Of a stretch of DNA of 64,000 bases, positions 41,360-53,900 are shown piece after piece. Origin of the DNA: Amoeboaphelidium protococcarum X5. Taxonomy: Eukaryota > Fungi > Aphelidiomycota. The notes below the pieces were generated by a model. It was not told the DNA's origin. It searched no databases and saw only the letters and a program-made list of their open reading frames with translations. The translations under genes were made by a program, and so were the position numbers. Within the stretch, counting starts at the first letter, position 1, and each line of letters opens with the position of its first letter. The DNA is taken from the NCBI GenBank assembly GCA_023515725.1, contig JALDTO010000200.1, forward strand, positions 426,276-490,275, in the 5' to 3' direction.

Positions 41360-41670
41360 AAAAATCAATTTCCTTGATCTTTTGCTGGCTTGCCTATTTG
41401 GCTCAATACCTTCACGCTCGCGGATGCGCTTGTCAGCACGGGAGATATCAAGTTGCTTTTGTCTCAGTGAGTTGTCAATGTCTTGACTCATTGGCGAGAC
41501 TTTGGGTACTTCAAACAAGTTGAACTTTTGATGCTTACCTTCAACATGAACACTATTGAGACCTACCTCTTCGACAATGTAAATCTTTAAGGTGAATTTT
41601 TAGCCTTCTTTCTCGAACGCGCCTCGTTTATTCAACAGCCGAACAAAAGTCGCCTCGTTTGATTGCTGTC
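41360..41670 (-). mobile_element. Degenerate C-terminal fragment of a Polinton/Ginger-type retroviral-like integrase
   Basis: FVRLLNKRGAFEKEGQKFTLKIYIV resembles the GDxVR...FxKG...ExYxV tail; no rve core present. Confidence 0.4.
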
Positions 41671-41805
41671 TCGGCGATTGCATTGTTGTGGGTGTTAGAT
41701 CAAGATGCGTAGAGGGGCTAATAACCAAAAGGAGGAGAAGGATAAGAAGCAGGTAATCTATTAGAATTCAAGAATACTGATTCAAAGGAAGAAAAGAGAT
41801 ATAAC

Positions 41806-42300
41806 TCATACATCGGAAGTCGTGCTATCGGATTGTCTCCTTGAAACGTGATCCGTGATTTCGTGTCCAGGAGTCCATATCTTATCAAGATAGTTATAAG
41901 TATCATCTGAGTTGCGTGTTCTCACCAGACACTTGCCACGTTTCTTAACACTGATTGAGTGGTTGGCCTTGGCTGTTCTGCACATCATGTCGACATCTGC
42001 AACATCGTACAGCATTGACATCTCATTACAAATGAATTGATTGCAACCACTATCACTAATCCACGCCCTGTGGTTCGATGGATTTGAAGGGAGAAGCGGA
42101 TCTACGTAATTAATTTCTGTTATTGTACCTTCATTTCCATCACACCGTCAATTACCATTATTCGCAGGAGGAGACGTGTCACCTTTTACCTTCTTTAACC
42201 ACCACTCAAGACGATCGGATTCTTTGCCACCACCATCGTAGAAGCACGTGTCCTTAGAATCCTCGCTGCCAAAATTTTCGGCTGGCTTCCATTAAGACTC
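41806..42300 (-). mobile_element. Ty1/copia gag-protease remnant
   Basis: AWISDSGCNQFICN matches the copia protease WxxDSGAxxH motif; in-frame TGA upstream; no RT. Confidence 0.6.
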
Positions 42301-42356
42301 TTTTAAAAATTTTCCAAAAATATTGTAATTTTAAGAAAAAAGTCAAATTCACAGTA

Positions 42357-42815
42357 ATGGATTTCAAATTCAACGGCTATTATTGTAAGACTAATGAAGT
42401 TAACAAATCATTTACTGTAAAGGTGGAATCTAGCCTATATTCAATGTCGTGTTTTCCTACTGACCCTCAGTCAAACTCTACTTGGATGTCATTGGTCAGA
42501 CGTGGCTCTAGTGCTAGAAAAGATTTCGTCAAGCGTTGGATATCTAAATGCAATATTCAGTCCAATAAGAACATGTTTGTTCTTCATCGTTATGAATGCG
42601 GGCTTACGTCCTCTGAAAATGACGTAGAAGGTGATACGCTCAAGGAATTGCGGTTCAAGGAAACGAACGGGGATAATACCAAAGTGGTGGTTGCATTCAA
42701 AGTTGGCACTTTTAGCCTTGCTGAAATTTTTGATTTAAAAGAAGCATTTGAAGCTGCTATGGATGACTTTTTGGACGGAACTGGAAAATGTCGTAGTCAG
42801 TTGATTCTAGAGTGA
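42357..42815 (+). CDS. Orphan 152-aa protein
   Basis: ATG to TGA, intronless, no TAA/TAG codons; no recognised domain. Confidence 0.5.
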   Translation: MDFKFNGYYCKTNEVNKSFTVKVESSLYSMSCFPTDPQSNSTWMSLVRRGSSARKDFVKRWISKCNIQSNKNMFVLHRYECGLTSSENDVEGDTLKELRFKETNGDNTKVVVAFKVGTFSLAEIFDLKEAFEAAMDDFLDGTGKCRSQLILE

Positions 42816-42867
42816 ATATTACTTTGAACCTTAAAAAAATTCTAACCTTAAACCTTACTTTCATACT

Positions 42868-43670
42868 TCAACCTGCCGCCCACAACAAGTTTAACTCGAA
42901 GAGTTAAACGACCCTATTTTACAAATAAATAAATGAATGCAAATCTGCTACATTTTATTTCAATATATTGGCCATGCTACATCTTGTCTTGATCAATACC
43001 CCACACCACGTCCTGTAATATGTCAATAAGTCAGTCTTCAACTACAATAAATTATCTAAAGACTGCTACAGATGTTTATCATTTTCTATATTTGCCTCAT
43101 TAAGATTTATATCTTTCATTGCAACCCAATACGCAGCCATTAGAGGAGATAGTATCGGAGGCCATCCGACCAACAACGCAGCAATGGCAGCGTTAGCGCC
43201 GCCCAACACTATACCAATGGCGATAGTATAAGAGAGCAAAGCAGCAAATATTACTATATTTAAGACGGCTACCTACGCAAAAGAACCTAGTAATTATAGA
43301 GTCAATTGCAGAAAGACTATGATTTTACCACTTATTTCGCTAGTTTACATGCAGCAGCAGATGAATTTACAGCAAAGCGCGATCCGCGCATCTTGTTTCG
43401 GAGATCCTTATATTCCTCCGCCAGTTGAGCAATTCTAATATGATTACCAGATATTTGCTTTTATAACGAGTCGTTTTGCTATTTCAGTTTGATATTTGCT
43501 TCTTTAAGCGCCGCATTTTCTTTTTTGAGCTACACTATCTACTTATCTTGTACCGCCAATTACTTTTCTTGTACCCCCAATTTATCCTCTTACGCGTCAA
43601 GCCTTTGCTTCTGCGCGTTTAATTCAAATTGTAATTTCATCAGCATTTGAGATGTCTATTAGTTGTCCAT
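42868..43670 (-). CDS. Coiled-coil protein with hydrophobic hairpin; one intron ~43272-43327
   Basis: Heptad-rich N-half (LKKENAALKEANIKLKQQNDSLQKQI), then VLNIVIFAALLSYTIAIGIVLGGANAAIAALLVGWPP. Confidence 0.55.
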
Positions 43671-44831
43671 TTTAAATACGATATAATAATTTACAAGATT
43701 TGAATGCAATTTTAAACAGTAGTTGTGGATGTGGTAGAGTTGTAATGAAGGAATAAAAATGGATTGAGAATTTGTGAAACAGTGTGCTGATTCGACCGAT
43801 TAGGATTATAGTTTGAAAAAAGATGGCCTGAATCAATTCTATTGGCTGGCTATGTTTAAAACTACAATTCCTTTCCTTTGATTATATCCCGCACGAATTT
43901 GTTCTATATAATCAAGATAGACATGCAAGTTTATAAAATATATATGTGTGCCGGGTGACAAAGCTCAATTGGTCGAGACACTAACATCTATTTTCGACAA
44001 TGGCCTGATGCTACACAGCGTCTTTAACTGCAATTTCTTCGTTTTTAATACATTCCTACTAATTCGTGACAAACGCTACAAGTACCTGCTTAAATATTTA
44101 TATATCAGTGTCACTGAACATTTTGACATATGTTGGCTCTGATGTTGAGTACAGTATTTCGTTACAAACAACACTATTGGAGGTCGCCGCGACCACAACA
44201 GCAACCACGTAATAGACACAAGTGACATCGAAGCTTATCTAACGGAAATTAATCTACTTAAGGCATCTATCATCAACTTTGATAAACAAATTAGGAATCG
44301 ATGTATCTAAGATCACGTTAAAATCCAAATCAGATTTCTCTTGCATAAACAAGACACGCTTAAGATAATTTCATATAAATAAATAGAAGAATACTGTGAC
44401 CACGCAGAGCAGGGTAGCCTCAAAGACTTTCTCCCCAGCCAATTATTTCTTAAACCGAGAACCGATCTTATCCCGAGATAAGTATTATTAATTAAAAGTT
44501 TTAAATTTAACAAAATTAAAAATAAATCTTTAAAATTACTCGTCAGTTGTCCGTGGATTGGATCTGCAAGCTGGTCCGTGCGCAAGTGTTAGGTACACAA
44601 TATAGAAGAGCAAAGCTAGGAGAGCGATAAACTACTATTTGATCGTCTTATTATTTTAGACTGCTTTTTTCTCTAAACTTTGCTATTCTTAAAAACCGAA
44701 GTTACGCAAGTAATGTGCCGAGTTCCTTTGCTGGTAAATCGGATTACTGGTAGGAAAAGACTGACCCTGACCCGAAGCGGTAAATTTTCTCATATTAATT
44801 TCTCTTTTTCTCGCATACCTTCCGAAGAGAA

Positions 44832-45221
44832 ATGTAGAAACTACTCTGTATTGTTTTGTTTTTTGTTGCACTGGTACATGCTAAAACAGTCTATTTAGTT
44901 GTTCGGCCGCCATGGGATAGAGGATATGGTCCTCACGAATCTGGTTATGATTTGGTCGACAGAAATCGGATCGACATGCACGGCGCGTTGCAGACATCAT
45001 GTCACAATTTATATGCTCAATTAACCTTGTTCGTGTTTTCACAATGTCGTGTCACTTTAAATTGCCAGAATAATAAATATGAAGGCTCAGTGTCACAGTG
45101 TGAAGCAGCTGTGTTGAAAGCTCGATTTAAAAAGATTCCTCCAAAGTCTGTGTTCCGTGGGGCAAATATCGTTTATGCTTTCAATTTAGAGGATTGCAAT
45201 TCATTAGTGATGTAGAACTGA
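44832..45221 (+). CDS. Small secreted Cys-containing protein (candidate effector), 129 aa
   Basis: MQ(TAG)KLLCIVLFFVALVHA-KT signal peptide; five Cys in the mature part; TGA 45219-45221. Confidence 0.7.
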
Positions 45222-45434
45222 AGTAATAGTCAATCTGTATTTTTGTGAGTTGTATTTGACTAAATGTTAATTATCTGAATGTCTTGGTTAGACGGACAGT
45301 ATCATGAATATATGTGATTTTCGCAACACCTTTACAGCTACATTAAGACACTTTAATAAACGCTGATGCGGTTAATTTAAGTTGCCACTTTTTGTTTTAT
45401 TTTTACCCTAATCCTGCAGCGCCAATCCGCAGTG

Positions 45435-45860
45435 TGGAATATTTGACTTCTTCGTCTCTCATCACCGCAACTCCGACTCCAACAACTTCGTACTTCATTG
45501 TCTCGACTACTCTGGTTGATGAAGATGGCTCAACAACTGTTGATTACTCAACTTCTTCCGTTATCGCTCCTGTGTCATCATCTTCACTTGAATACTTTAT
45601 CACATCAAGTACTATTGTGGATGAAGAAAGAACAACGACTATGGAATATTTGACTTCTTCGTCTCTGATCTCCGCAACTCCAACAACTTCGTACTTCATT
45701 GTATCGACTACTCTGGTTGATGAAGATGGCTCAACAATTGTTGATTACTCAACTTCTTCGATTGTTGCGTTGACCAGTTCATACTCATTGCAAGTCACTC
45801 CCTTATCCTCAACAATCATAGATGAAGAAGGAACAACGATTGTGGAATATTTGACTTCTT
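45435..45860 (+). repeat. Coding tandem repeat (~201-207 bp units) of a Ser/Thr-rich mucin-like gene fragment
   Basis: TGGAATATTTGACTTCTT recurs at 45435, 45642 and 45843; peptide unit EYLTSSSLI...STTLVDEDGST. Confidence 0.8.
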
Positions 45861-45930
45861 GGGTTAAGCGTAACCGTCACCCAAACTTATCGAGAAAGAT
45901 ATAAATGAATAGCACGCGGTGAATATCGTA

Positions 45931-46120
45931 ATGATTAACTTTATTTTATCTTGTCTGATGCTTCTTGCAAGCGCAGAGTATCTGCCAGCAAATCCTAGCG
46001 AGCAAATATCGCTCAAGTATCGCGGTGGACAGATTCTTACGGATCCTGTGAAAATGTATGGCTTCTTTTACGGTCCTAATTGGACAAAGAATGGGAAGCG
46101 CGAGCCCCTTGTGAAGCCCA
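45931..46120 (+). pseudogene. Truncated PHI-1/EXORDIUM-like secreted protein
   Basis: Signal peptide then LKYRGGQILTDPVKMYGFFYGPNW; similarity ends near 46118. Confidence 0.5.
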
Positions 46121-46149
46121 TGAAAGGGCTACCTAACCGCATACATACC

Positions 46150-46213
46150 AGACTTACAATGTAGGTAGGTTCCTAGTACTTACAGGGGTAGCTAAAGACT
46201 TACAATGTAGGTA
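46150..46213 (+). repeat. 18-bp direct repeat AGACTTACAATGTAGGTA (two copies), possible subterminal repeat of a mobile element
   Basis: Exact copies at 46150-46167 and 46196-46213. Confidence 0.7.
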
Positions 46214-47034
46214 TGTACCTCCTTAATTACTTACGATCACTTAAATACCCCTGACTTATAGAGGGTTGTTAAACAGATTATAAAAATCAATTCATGTCTA
46301 AGCCATATGATCGAGGTTATGAACACATCATCGTGGTTATGAAAACCTATCAATAAAAACAGATTAACCTATAGCGGTTAAGAAGACCTCTGGTGTAAAG
46401 AAAACTTACTATCTATCTCGCGTGTTTGATATGTGAAACACGCGATCATACTTTCTGTTTAAGAGAAAAATGTGAAAATCTAAACAAGCCGTTAAATTAG
46501 CGTTTGACTCGGATCTTTTTCATCGTGATATACTCTTAGTAATTTTAAATGCTTACGCACCATTCTTAAAGCATGTTTTGCGGTTTTGGCGGATTTACAG
46601 AATTTCTTCGATGAACGCGTTGTAAGCTTGTTTCAAGATCAGCAATCGCCGACCGACGATGCAAGTACCGTCTGATTTTGTTATCACACTTCAAATATTT
46701 CATATCTGATGCTATTATTAGTGTAACTAGGAATGTATTTTTATTTGTATGCGTAGTAGATGTGTTTTTCTATTATGAACCGCATCAAAGCGAATAGAGC
46801 ACCAGCTCGCCGTGCGGCCCATCACACGCGCTTCCCTTAAACATATTAATATATGCATGATAAGGAATCCTGTTTGTTCGGAAAACAGGATCCGCTATAT
46901 AACTTACACAGATACCTGCTTAAACGTTTCTGTTGAGAAATTTTGGTCACACGTCCTGAAACCAACTGGCATACGCATTGTTCTTTCATTCTTTCATTCT
47001 TCAAACCGATTTCGATCACAATAACTCATATATC

Positions 47035-48503
47035 ATGACTGCTAGACTTAAGAAGAAGCTGAAAATTGATAGTGACATAGAGGATGAGAATTAATCAGAT
47101 ACTGTCAACGTAAGCTATTTAGTTTGCTTCTGCCTCATTATATGCATTGTCACGAATTAACGTAGATTTAACAGGAAGCCTCGATTAACAATGGTACGCT
47201 TGTCGAAGATGAAAGTAGTGATATCCCGGTGAAGATGGACACTGCTGACAATTTGAATTGTGAAAGTGTTAAAGTGCCTAAGCGAAAAAAGGATGACTAT
47301 GGTATATTTTCTAATTGCGATGTAATTTATAGTGATCTCGTTTGTGTAGAAGTTGATAAAGCCGAAATTCCTTCGTTGTTCCGTTTGTCAACTAGGAATT
47401 ACTTGAAGAAATTGTGGAGTGGTAAAAGTGGTAGGATCCTTCATTCTATCGCGTTGTCTCATATTTGTGTATCATGTTGTAGGCTCATAAGAATCTAGAG
47501 GAATGCTGGAATATAATGTTAATTTCGATAGGCGTTTTAAATCATTGACGCCTTCGGAATTGAAGAACTATGAATATGCCGCAAAGTATGGACCATATCC
47601 TAAAGAATGGTATCCAGAAATGCGTTCTAAAGCTATGGATATCCTGGAACAGGTGGTAAGTTTTAATATTGTATGTTAAGTGATCGCGTTTTGTTTGTGT
47701 AGATTTCTTACGGCTCGCAAATTGGAATGGAGACACATTGTCTCATCTGGAAGCATTCTCATCTGGATGCAAAGCCGGCAGTTAGTAAAATTAACGTGGT
47801 GTAGACTGAGGTAATGTCGCAGGCGGTTAGTGCTTACCACGAGAAGTTCGGAAAGGCGGATCACAGCTTCATCAAGTCTATAGATCTGTCTGTGCAGGCG
47901 ATGGATTGCCTGTAAGCTTCTGGTATCAATGCGCGTTGTAAGCTAGAATTTTACCAGAGATTGTAAAATTGATCATAATGTAGTTTTTGTCGGCCGTGAT
48001 TCAATGCCTAAGGTGGAGCTAATTACTGATTTTGGCAAGAATGAACAGTCTGAGCGTATCTAGTATTTGACAGAGTACTTTTAGAATCAGTGGAGTATGT
48101 CGATCTAATGTTGTGTGCTTATCGCCTATATTACCTTTATAAATGCCATGTAGATAAAGCAGTCGAATTCATTCCGAATAAGAACAAGTCATTTCCTTTC
48201 ACAAACTGGCAGTAGACCATCATAATTGATGGCATTCCTAGTAATCCGGAGTCTAAAGGCTCCGATGTCCCTATAAAAATTCGTCGTCTTTTTACCACAG
48301 GCGAGTAGTAGAAGTATGGATATACGCCTTCTTAGCTGCGTGCCTTGGAGTATGCGTGCAAGAATGGCCATATGGCGTTCAGATTGAGTAAGTCTGTTTG
48401 AATTTTACATAGTCATATGTGTGAACTTTTGCCTATGAGTGTAGAGGATAATATCGACACTAAGTCTGCGGATCTCAAGTTAGATCTTGATAGTGATATT
48501 TGA
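47035..48503 (+). CDS. Multi-exon hypothetical protein (possible transposon passenger gene)
   Basis: Protein-like table 6 frames separated by GT..GTAG introns near 47110, 47430 and 47660; exon structure uncertain. Confidence 0.35.
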
Positions 48504-48770
48504 ATCTTTGTGGCTTGCTATTTATGTAATGTTCACTTATCCTTTACTCTTTTGGTGGAGTGGTCTAAAGTTGTTGTGTGAGATTGTGAGTGTTATGAAT
48601 TAATTTGATTATGTCTAATCTATTTGAATCTACTCAAATTCGCGACGTGCTCTTTTAATTGGATTTCACTAACAGTACGGTTCTGAGCAGTACAAAGAGG
48701 CAAAGTCAAAACCTTCGGATAAAGCGCGTTATTGTCTTCATTTAACTTCATTACACATAATAGATTAAGT

Positions 48771-49450
48771 CATTCAGTCTGTAAAGTGCTCAGTGAGCTT
48801 TGCAATTCAAGTATTAACGTCTGAATCCTGGCGTTTTGGTCTTGATATAAAAGCCACATCTAGTACTCCAGCTATATCTCCACAGGCTATTTCATTATAT
48901 AAGCCTTTTAACATCTAGCAGGCTTCACATCATTCTTCTCATTCGATACGTGTTGGCTGATGAGACAGTTGTTTTTGGCAAAGCGATTAACTTTATCAAC
49001 TTTAAACTAACTACACAAGATCCACGCGTTACAACATGAAACTACAGTAAGGTCAAAATTACCTCAAATTGTTACTCATCTACTAGAGTTGGATCTACAA
49101 GTCCTAACGCTTCCTTCTCCTTGTCTCGTTGTAAGTGTCTTTATTCTTCTGGTAAGTAGCACGTTTTTAAGCAAGTCTTTTGGATCGTGGGCTTGTTTCA
49201 ACTTCAATTGCGAGTTACCTGGCATTAGCGTATCCAACGTTCAACAGCGGTGTTGGTCTGTGTAAACTTTAGCTTGCTTTCACGGAGCCTTTAAAATCTC
49301 TTTTATTTCTCTATTTATTGGATTGTTCATTGTTATAGTCTTTTAATATTTATTCAAACGAATCAATGCGTCTAACAGGTATGAAGCTCTCCGAAGCAGA
49401 CGATACATCGGATGAGAACTCACAGTCTACAGATACAGTACATCGATAAT
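48771..49450 (-). CDS. Hypothetical spliced coiled-coil protein or remnant
   Basis: Frames such as QIEKQKRFQRLRESKLKF and QDQNARIQTLILELQSSLSTLQTE ending in TGA. Confidence 0.25.
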
Positions 49451-50992
49451 TAAAATGTAATATTTAAATAATACTCCTGTTATATTGATATTAATTGAGA
49501 CTATATCCGTACGACATTGACTTTGGAGTATCTAAATTTGACACTGTAGAGCTTAATTACTTAATGAAACAAACCAGCCACGGAAAGATAAAAGAAAAGG
49601 AAATGGGTTGCCCGAGTACAGAACATGCTGTGATTATATACGACTGAGATATTCTCCCAAATCTAGATTGTGCAATAATTAATGTCGATATGTCTAACTT
49701 TGCAAGCATTATGCTAATAGCCGTCCCGCTGGTAATGCTACGAATCTCATTCTAAGTATTTGAGACGGGACTCTCGTGATAAGACGCGACTTGTACACCT
49801 TCTAAATCTAAAATCCGACAAAAAGATTGCATTGTCGTGGTGAGTATATTATTATCTTATCATGGCAATAAAATTAGATTGAAGTTACTTTAATCACTGC
49901 TCTCGGCCATTATCATTGACAAGGTTACTCGTTGTTCATCTCGTATTACAACCGACAAAACTGTGGGCACTGTTAACAGACAAATTTTAAATCTGTTCTG
50001 GTTTTTTTAACTTGCTTCTATTGTCAATTGAATCCATATATGTATGTATTTTCTAAAAAACAATTTTGTGGGATGTGACTAAGGGAACGCGCCAATGTTT
50101 CAGTTGAAACAATGATCACACTAAGATTTCGTATACGGCGCATTGTATATAAGTGACCACATTAGCATTTTATAACAATCAAACTTATATATGAACGCGG
50201 CAAATGTATCCTTCATGTATATTCTAGAACGAAACATGAGTAAAGATTAATAATTCTCAACCATATTCGCTACTTTAATTATGTCTAGTCACTAGACTAA
50301 TAACGCCCAAACGCGTAACTTCAAAGTAAAATTTCACGTGTAAATTATAATTGTTGAGTTGTAAAAGTTTTATTTCTGGAATCAGCGCAAAAAATGGAGT
50401 AAACCACTGTAAACCTTAAGTTTGATTTAGTTCTTGTCGTTGAATAGCTAACACTGTGTTCGGGATTGGTTGAGTTTGATTAAAATAAAGCTTACTCTGC
50501 TGATTGTCCTGGTGTGACATTCCGAAAATGTTAACAAATTTCAAGCAAACTCTTTCAAAGTCTTTTAATATGATACTAGTACTTATTTTAAAGTAGCTTG
50601 GTGTAAATTTTCTTCAATAATATATTTAAATCTAAAATATAGTCGGTTTTGAACTCATATTGGTGACGCTCATCGTCGATCTCCTGTTTATTAAAGCCAA
50701 TTTACATGCATTTACTTCGTAGTCATAATTTTTTTTGCCCAGTTGTTTTTATACATTAAAAAGTAATATAAAATATTGTTTAATGTTAAATTATCGCCAT
50801 TTTAGTTGGCGATTTGTTGTCCTGTAACAATTTAAACTTGTAAGCGGCGATCTTAAAACACGTCGCTCTTGCAGCTCATTGCGACTACCTTGGGAAACCA
50901 TAAACTCGTCGACTAGATAAAAATATACGTAATTAAAGATTATGACAATATATTCTCAAAATTAACTCAATACTCTTAACGCCGAACTCATA

Positions 50993-53900
50993 TCAGCCTT
51001 GTCTTTGCGTTGCCACTTATTAATTACGCCTCAACTTCAACAATCGTTCCTTGATCTCTTGTCGTAATGCACGAATCTTTACTTTTGATGCAGAGCTTAT
51101 AGTGCCTTATTTAACAATTTGTTTAGCATACCAGAAAGCAAAGACTCCACAACTATGCCCATCTTTCTATTTGGGACCTTCGATGACTTACGGCGCGTCA
51201 AATTCCAATCGTAGGTCAAAATAAACAGCAGTCGTAAATAGATGTTTAAGTTAATCAACAAAAGACATATCAACTTCATAACCAGCAGAACAGTAAAATC
51301 GCAACTTTGCCACACTATTATTCACCACAAGATGGTATACATTCCAATGAGGAGGGCCTCTGTTCAAGAGATGACGAAGAATCACGACATCGGTGACATT
51401 ATTAGTGAGTTTGCGTTCAAAGTAACGCCGACGCTGCTCAGGTTGAGCATTCGAATGTTCACACCAACTCTCCAAATTTTAACTGTCAAGGAGAACAACT
51501 CCAGAATGAGCTTCTAACTTGAGAGACTTGAAGGCATAAAATAAGACATCATCTTTCAATCGAGGCTCAATCCCATTGCAGAAGCCCTCTAAAGCCTAAG
51601 TTATGGGATGAGTATCAACAGGAAAATCAGCGCCTTACTCGTCAGATTACTTTACAGGTGAATCGCCGAATTAGATTGGATTATGAAGATTATCACCCGC
51701 CACTTACTTAACATCTAGAGCAGCGTCTTGCATTGCACAATTCTCGACATTGACCTGTTAGGTAGTATCAGCATTATTCTCAACAGCCTGTTCACACTCT
51801 TATTCAACTTTTACACCAGGACATTCTTATTCAATCTATAATGGAGCATTATCATCCGGTGTATTGTCCAACATAGGCACATTATCATCTACTGCATTGG
51901 CTGATTGTGGACGATTGAATTGGTTGACGCGTAATCTTTATAACAGATCTACATGGCTCTGAGATGTTAATTCATTAATATACGGCAGCAGCTTTTTATA
52001 ATCACTACGGCACTTTTACAATCTCTAGTGCATCATTTGATACAGAACAAGCTTACTACTCCAAGCGCTCGGTGTAGAGATGGACTTCAATAAACTAAGG
52101 ACTATGACAATTTGAGATTTGATTAATTAGATTGATTCATGTCTACACAGCAGCATCTCCTCTAAACACCTCTATCTAGCATGGACCAACTGGCGAAGTT
52201 AAGTAGCATCATCATTAATTTGAGCAATATAATTAAAATTTACGTGAGTTAATGATGGGGACGCAGGAAACTCTTCGAACTCAATACAGTCAAAACCATA
52301 GTCAATCTTTACCATTTGCACCAGATCATTAAACTATCGAGTCAATTGGGTGATATTTACGCGTCAAGATTTTAAGGCTCTGGCAAAGACCTTCTTCTTG
52401 AATTGGCTGGACGTGTTCTTCCCTTTGTAATCTAACAGCACTGTGATCTCAACCATTTCGCTCTTAAGCTGCCTCAGAATAATGTTACATCTCTTTCTTA
52501 CAAGCGCGATTCTAGCATCTTTATACTCAACTTTCTGCACGGTCCATCGACTGGCAGCATCGATGCCGAGCTTCAGCTCGAAGCTCTCAACTTTCTTCAA
52601 TAGAGATCGATCATTCGGCATATGTTACAGATCTTCCAAGCTCTTAACGTATAACTCTTCAGACGTCCACTTCTGCTAATAATCACCAGGCGCACTTTCC
52701 ACCGGTGCCAAAAGTATTGCTGCACACTACTCATCTACTGACATTTATTGAGCATTCAGAACAGGATGATCATACAAATAATCCTCCAACACAAAGAGCT
52801 CCTGTTCTGCGATCTCGTATCTCTGCACTATTTACAGAACGATCTTATCATTCAGATCCATGCTGTGTTTCCAGAGTATATGATCAATGACCTCTTCACG
52901 CGCTGCAATACAGAGATTCTTAGTAATGTAGCCAAAGTTCCCAATAACAGACCAGAGGCTCTCCATCAATTCACCAGCAGTTTTGCCGGACCAGAGAGAA
53001 AACTTACTAGAAAATTTAGCTTGACAATAACTTTAATGCGCGTAAAGATGCAAAGCAGGTACTAATACATCTATATCAATGAGATCAGTCTTGTCAATCC
53101 TACGCGCCAAGTTCACCACCCACTGGCATCCGACGTCATAATACACTTTAAGTTAATCAGGACAATCCTAAAATGATGCGAGCATTCGTAAAACATTCAA
53201 CACCGCCACATCAGCATGCAAATATTTCTCACCTTTCTCAAAGTTAGAATATGTGCGAGAGATTGCAGGCCCATGCCTAGCACAACATGCTCCGAACAAT
53301 CCAGTAATATCATTAAACTTTGACCTCAATTGACCAGCAACTTAAGTCACCGCCTTAAATGAACTGCAAGAAGAAGACTATTACTTATACTCATCTTTAA
53401 GAAGATCAAAGCAAAGACTATCTACAAAAAACAGCTTGTCAGAAATGACCACAGTGTTGTTAACATCACCACTGGACGCGCCCCGATTAAGATGATTAAG
53501 CTTAAAATTGCCGTCAAGTGCGATCTACAATAAATGAGGAATCTAAGGCAATTGAGCTTACGATAAAGCAATAGACATGTCCAGCATTTCATCTGTCAAA
53601 CCAGTATCAGCTTATAGCTCGCCATCTTTAATATCTGCAATCTTTGACGTGTACTGAGCAGCAACTTAATTTGGACACGCCAGACAATCAAATTAAAATG
53701 GAAGATTGTGAGTCTTCCAAAACTGCTTCTCAAGCGCAATGTACAAACGCAGACTCTGCAGTAAATGCTTGCGAAAGTAAGACGAACCACCAATGAAACA
53801 TACATCAGAAAAAGATGCGGCAAACCCTGACGCCGTACATTTAGAATTTCTCAGCAAGGACGCGTAAAACTTAATGACTTCAAGTTATATCGCATATTAC

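Noticed and set aside
43950-44770. Long TGA-free plus-strand frames
   Set aside because: With a single stop codon long frames arise by chance; no start context or recognisable motif
45435-46213. CRISPR-like reading of the repeats
   Set aside because: Eukaryotic context; the repeats are coding tandem units or a two-copy direct repeat, with no spacer array or cas genes
53525-53561. Apparent GTAAG...TGTAG intron in the KDZ gene
   Set aside because: The segment reads through in frame, and removing 37 nt would break the frame
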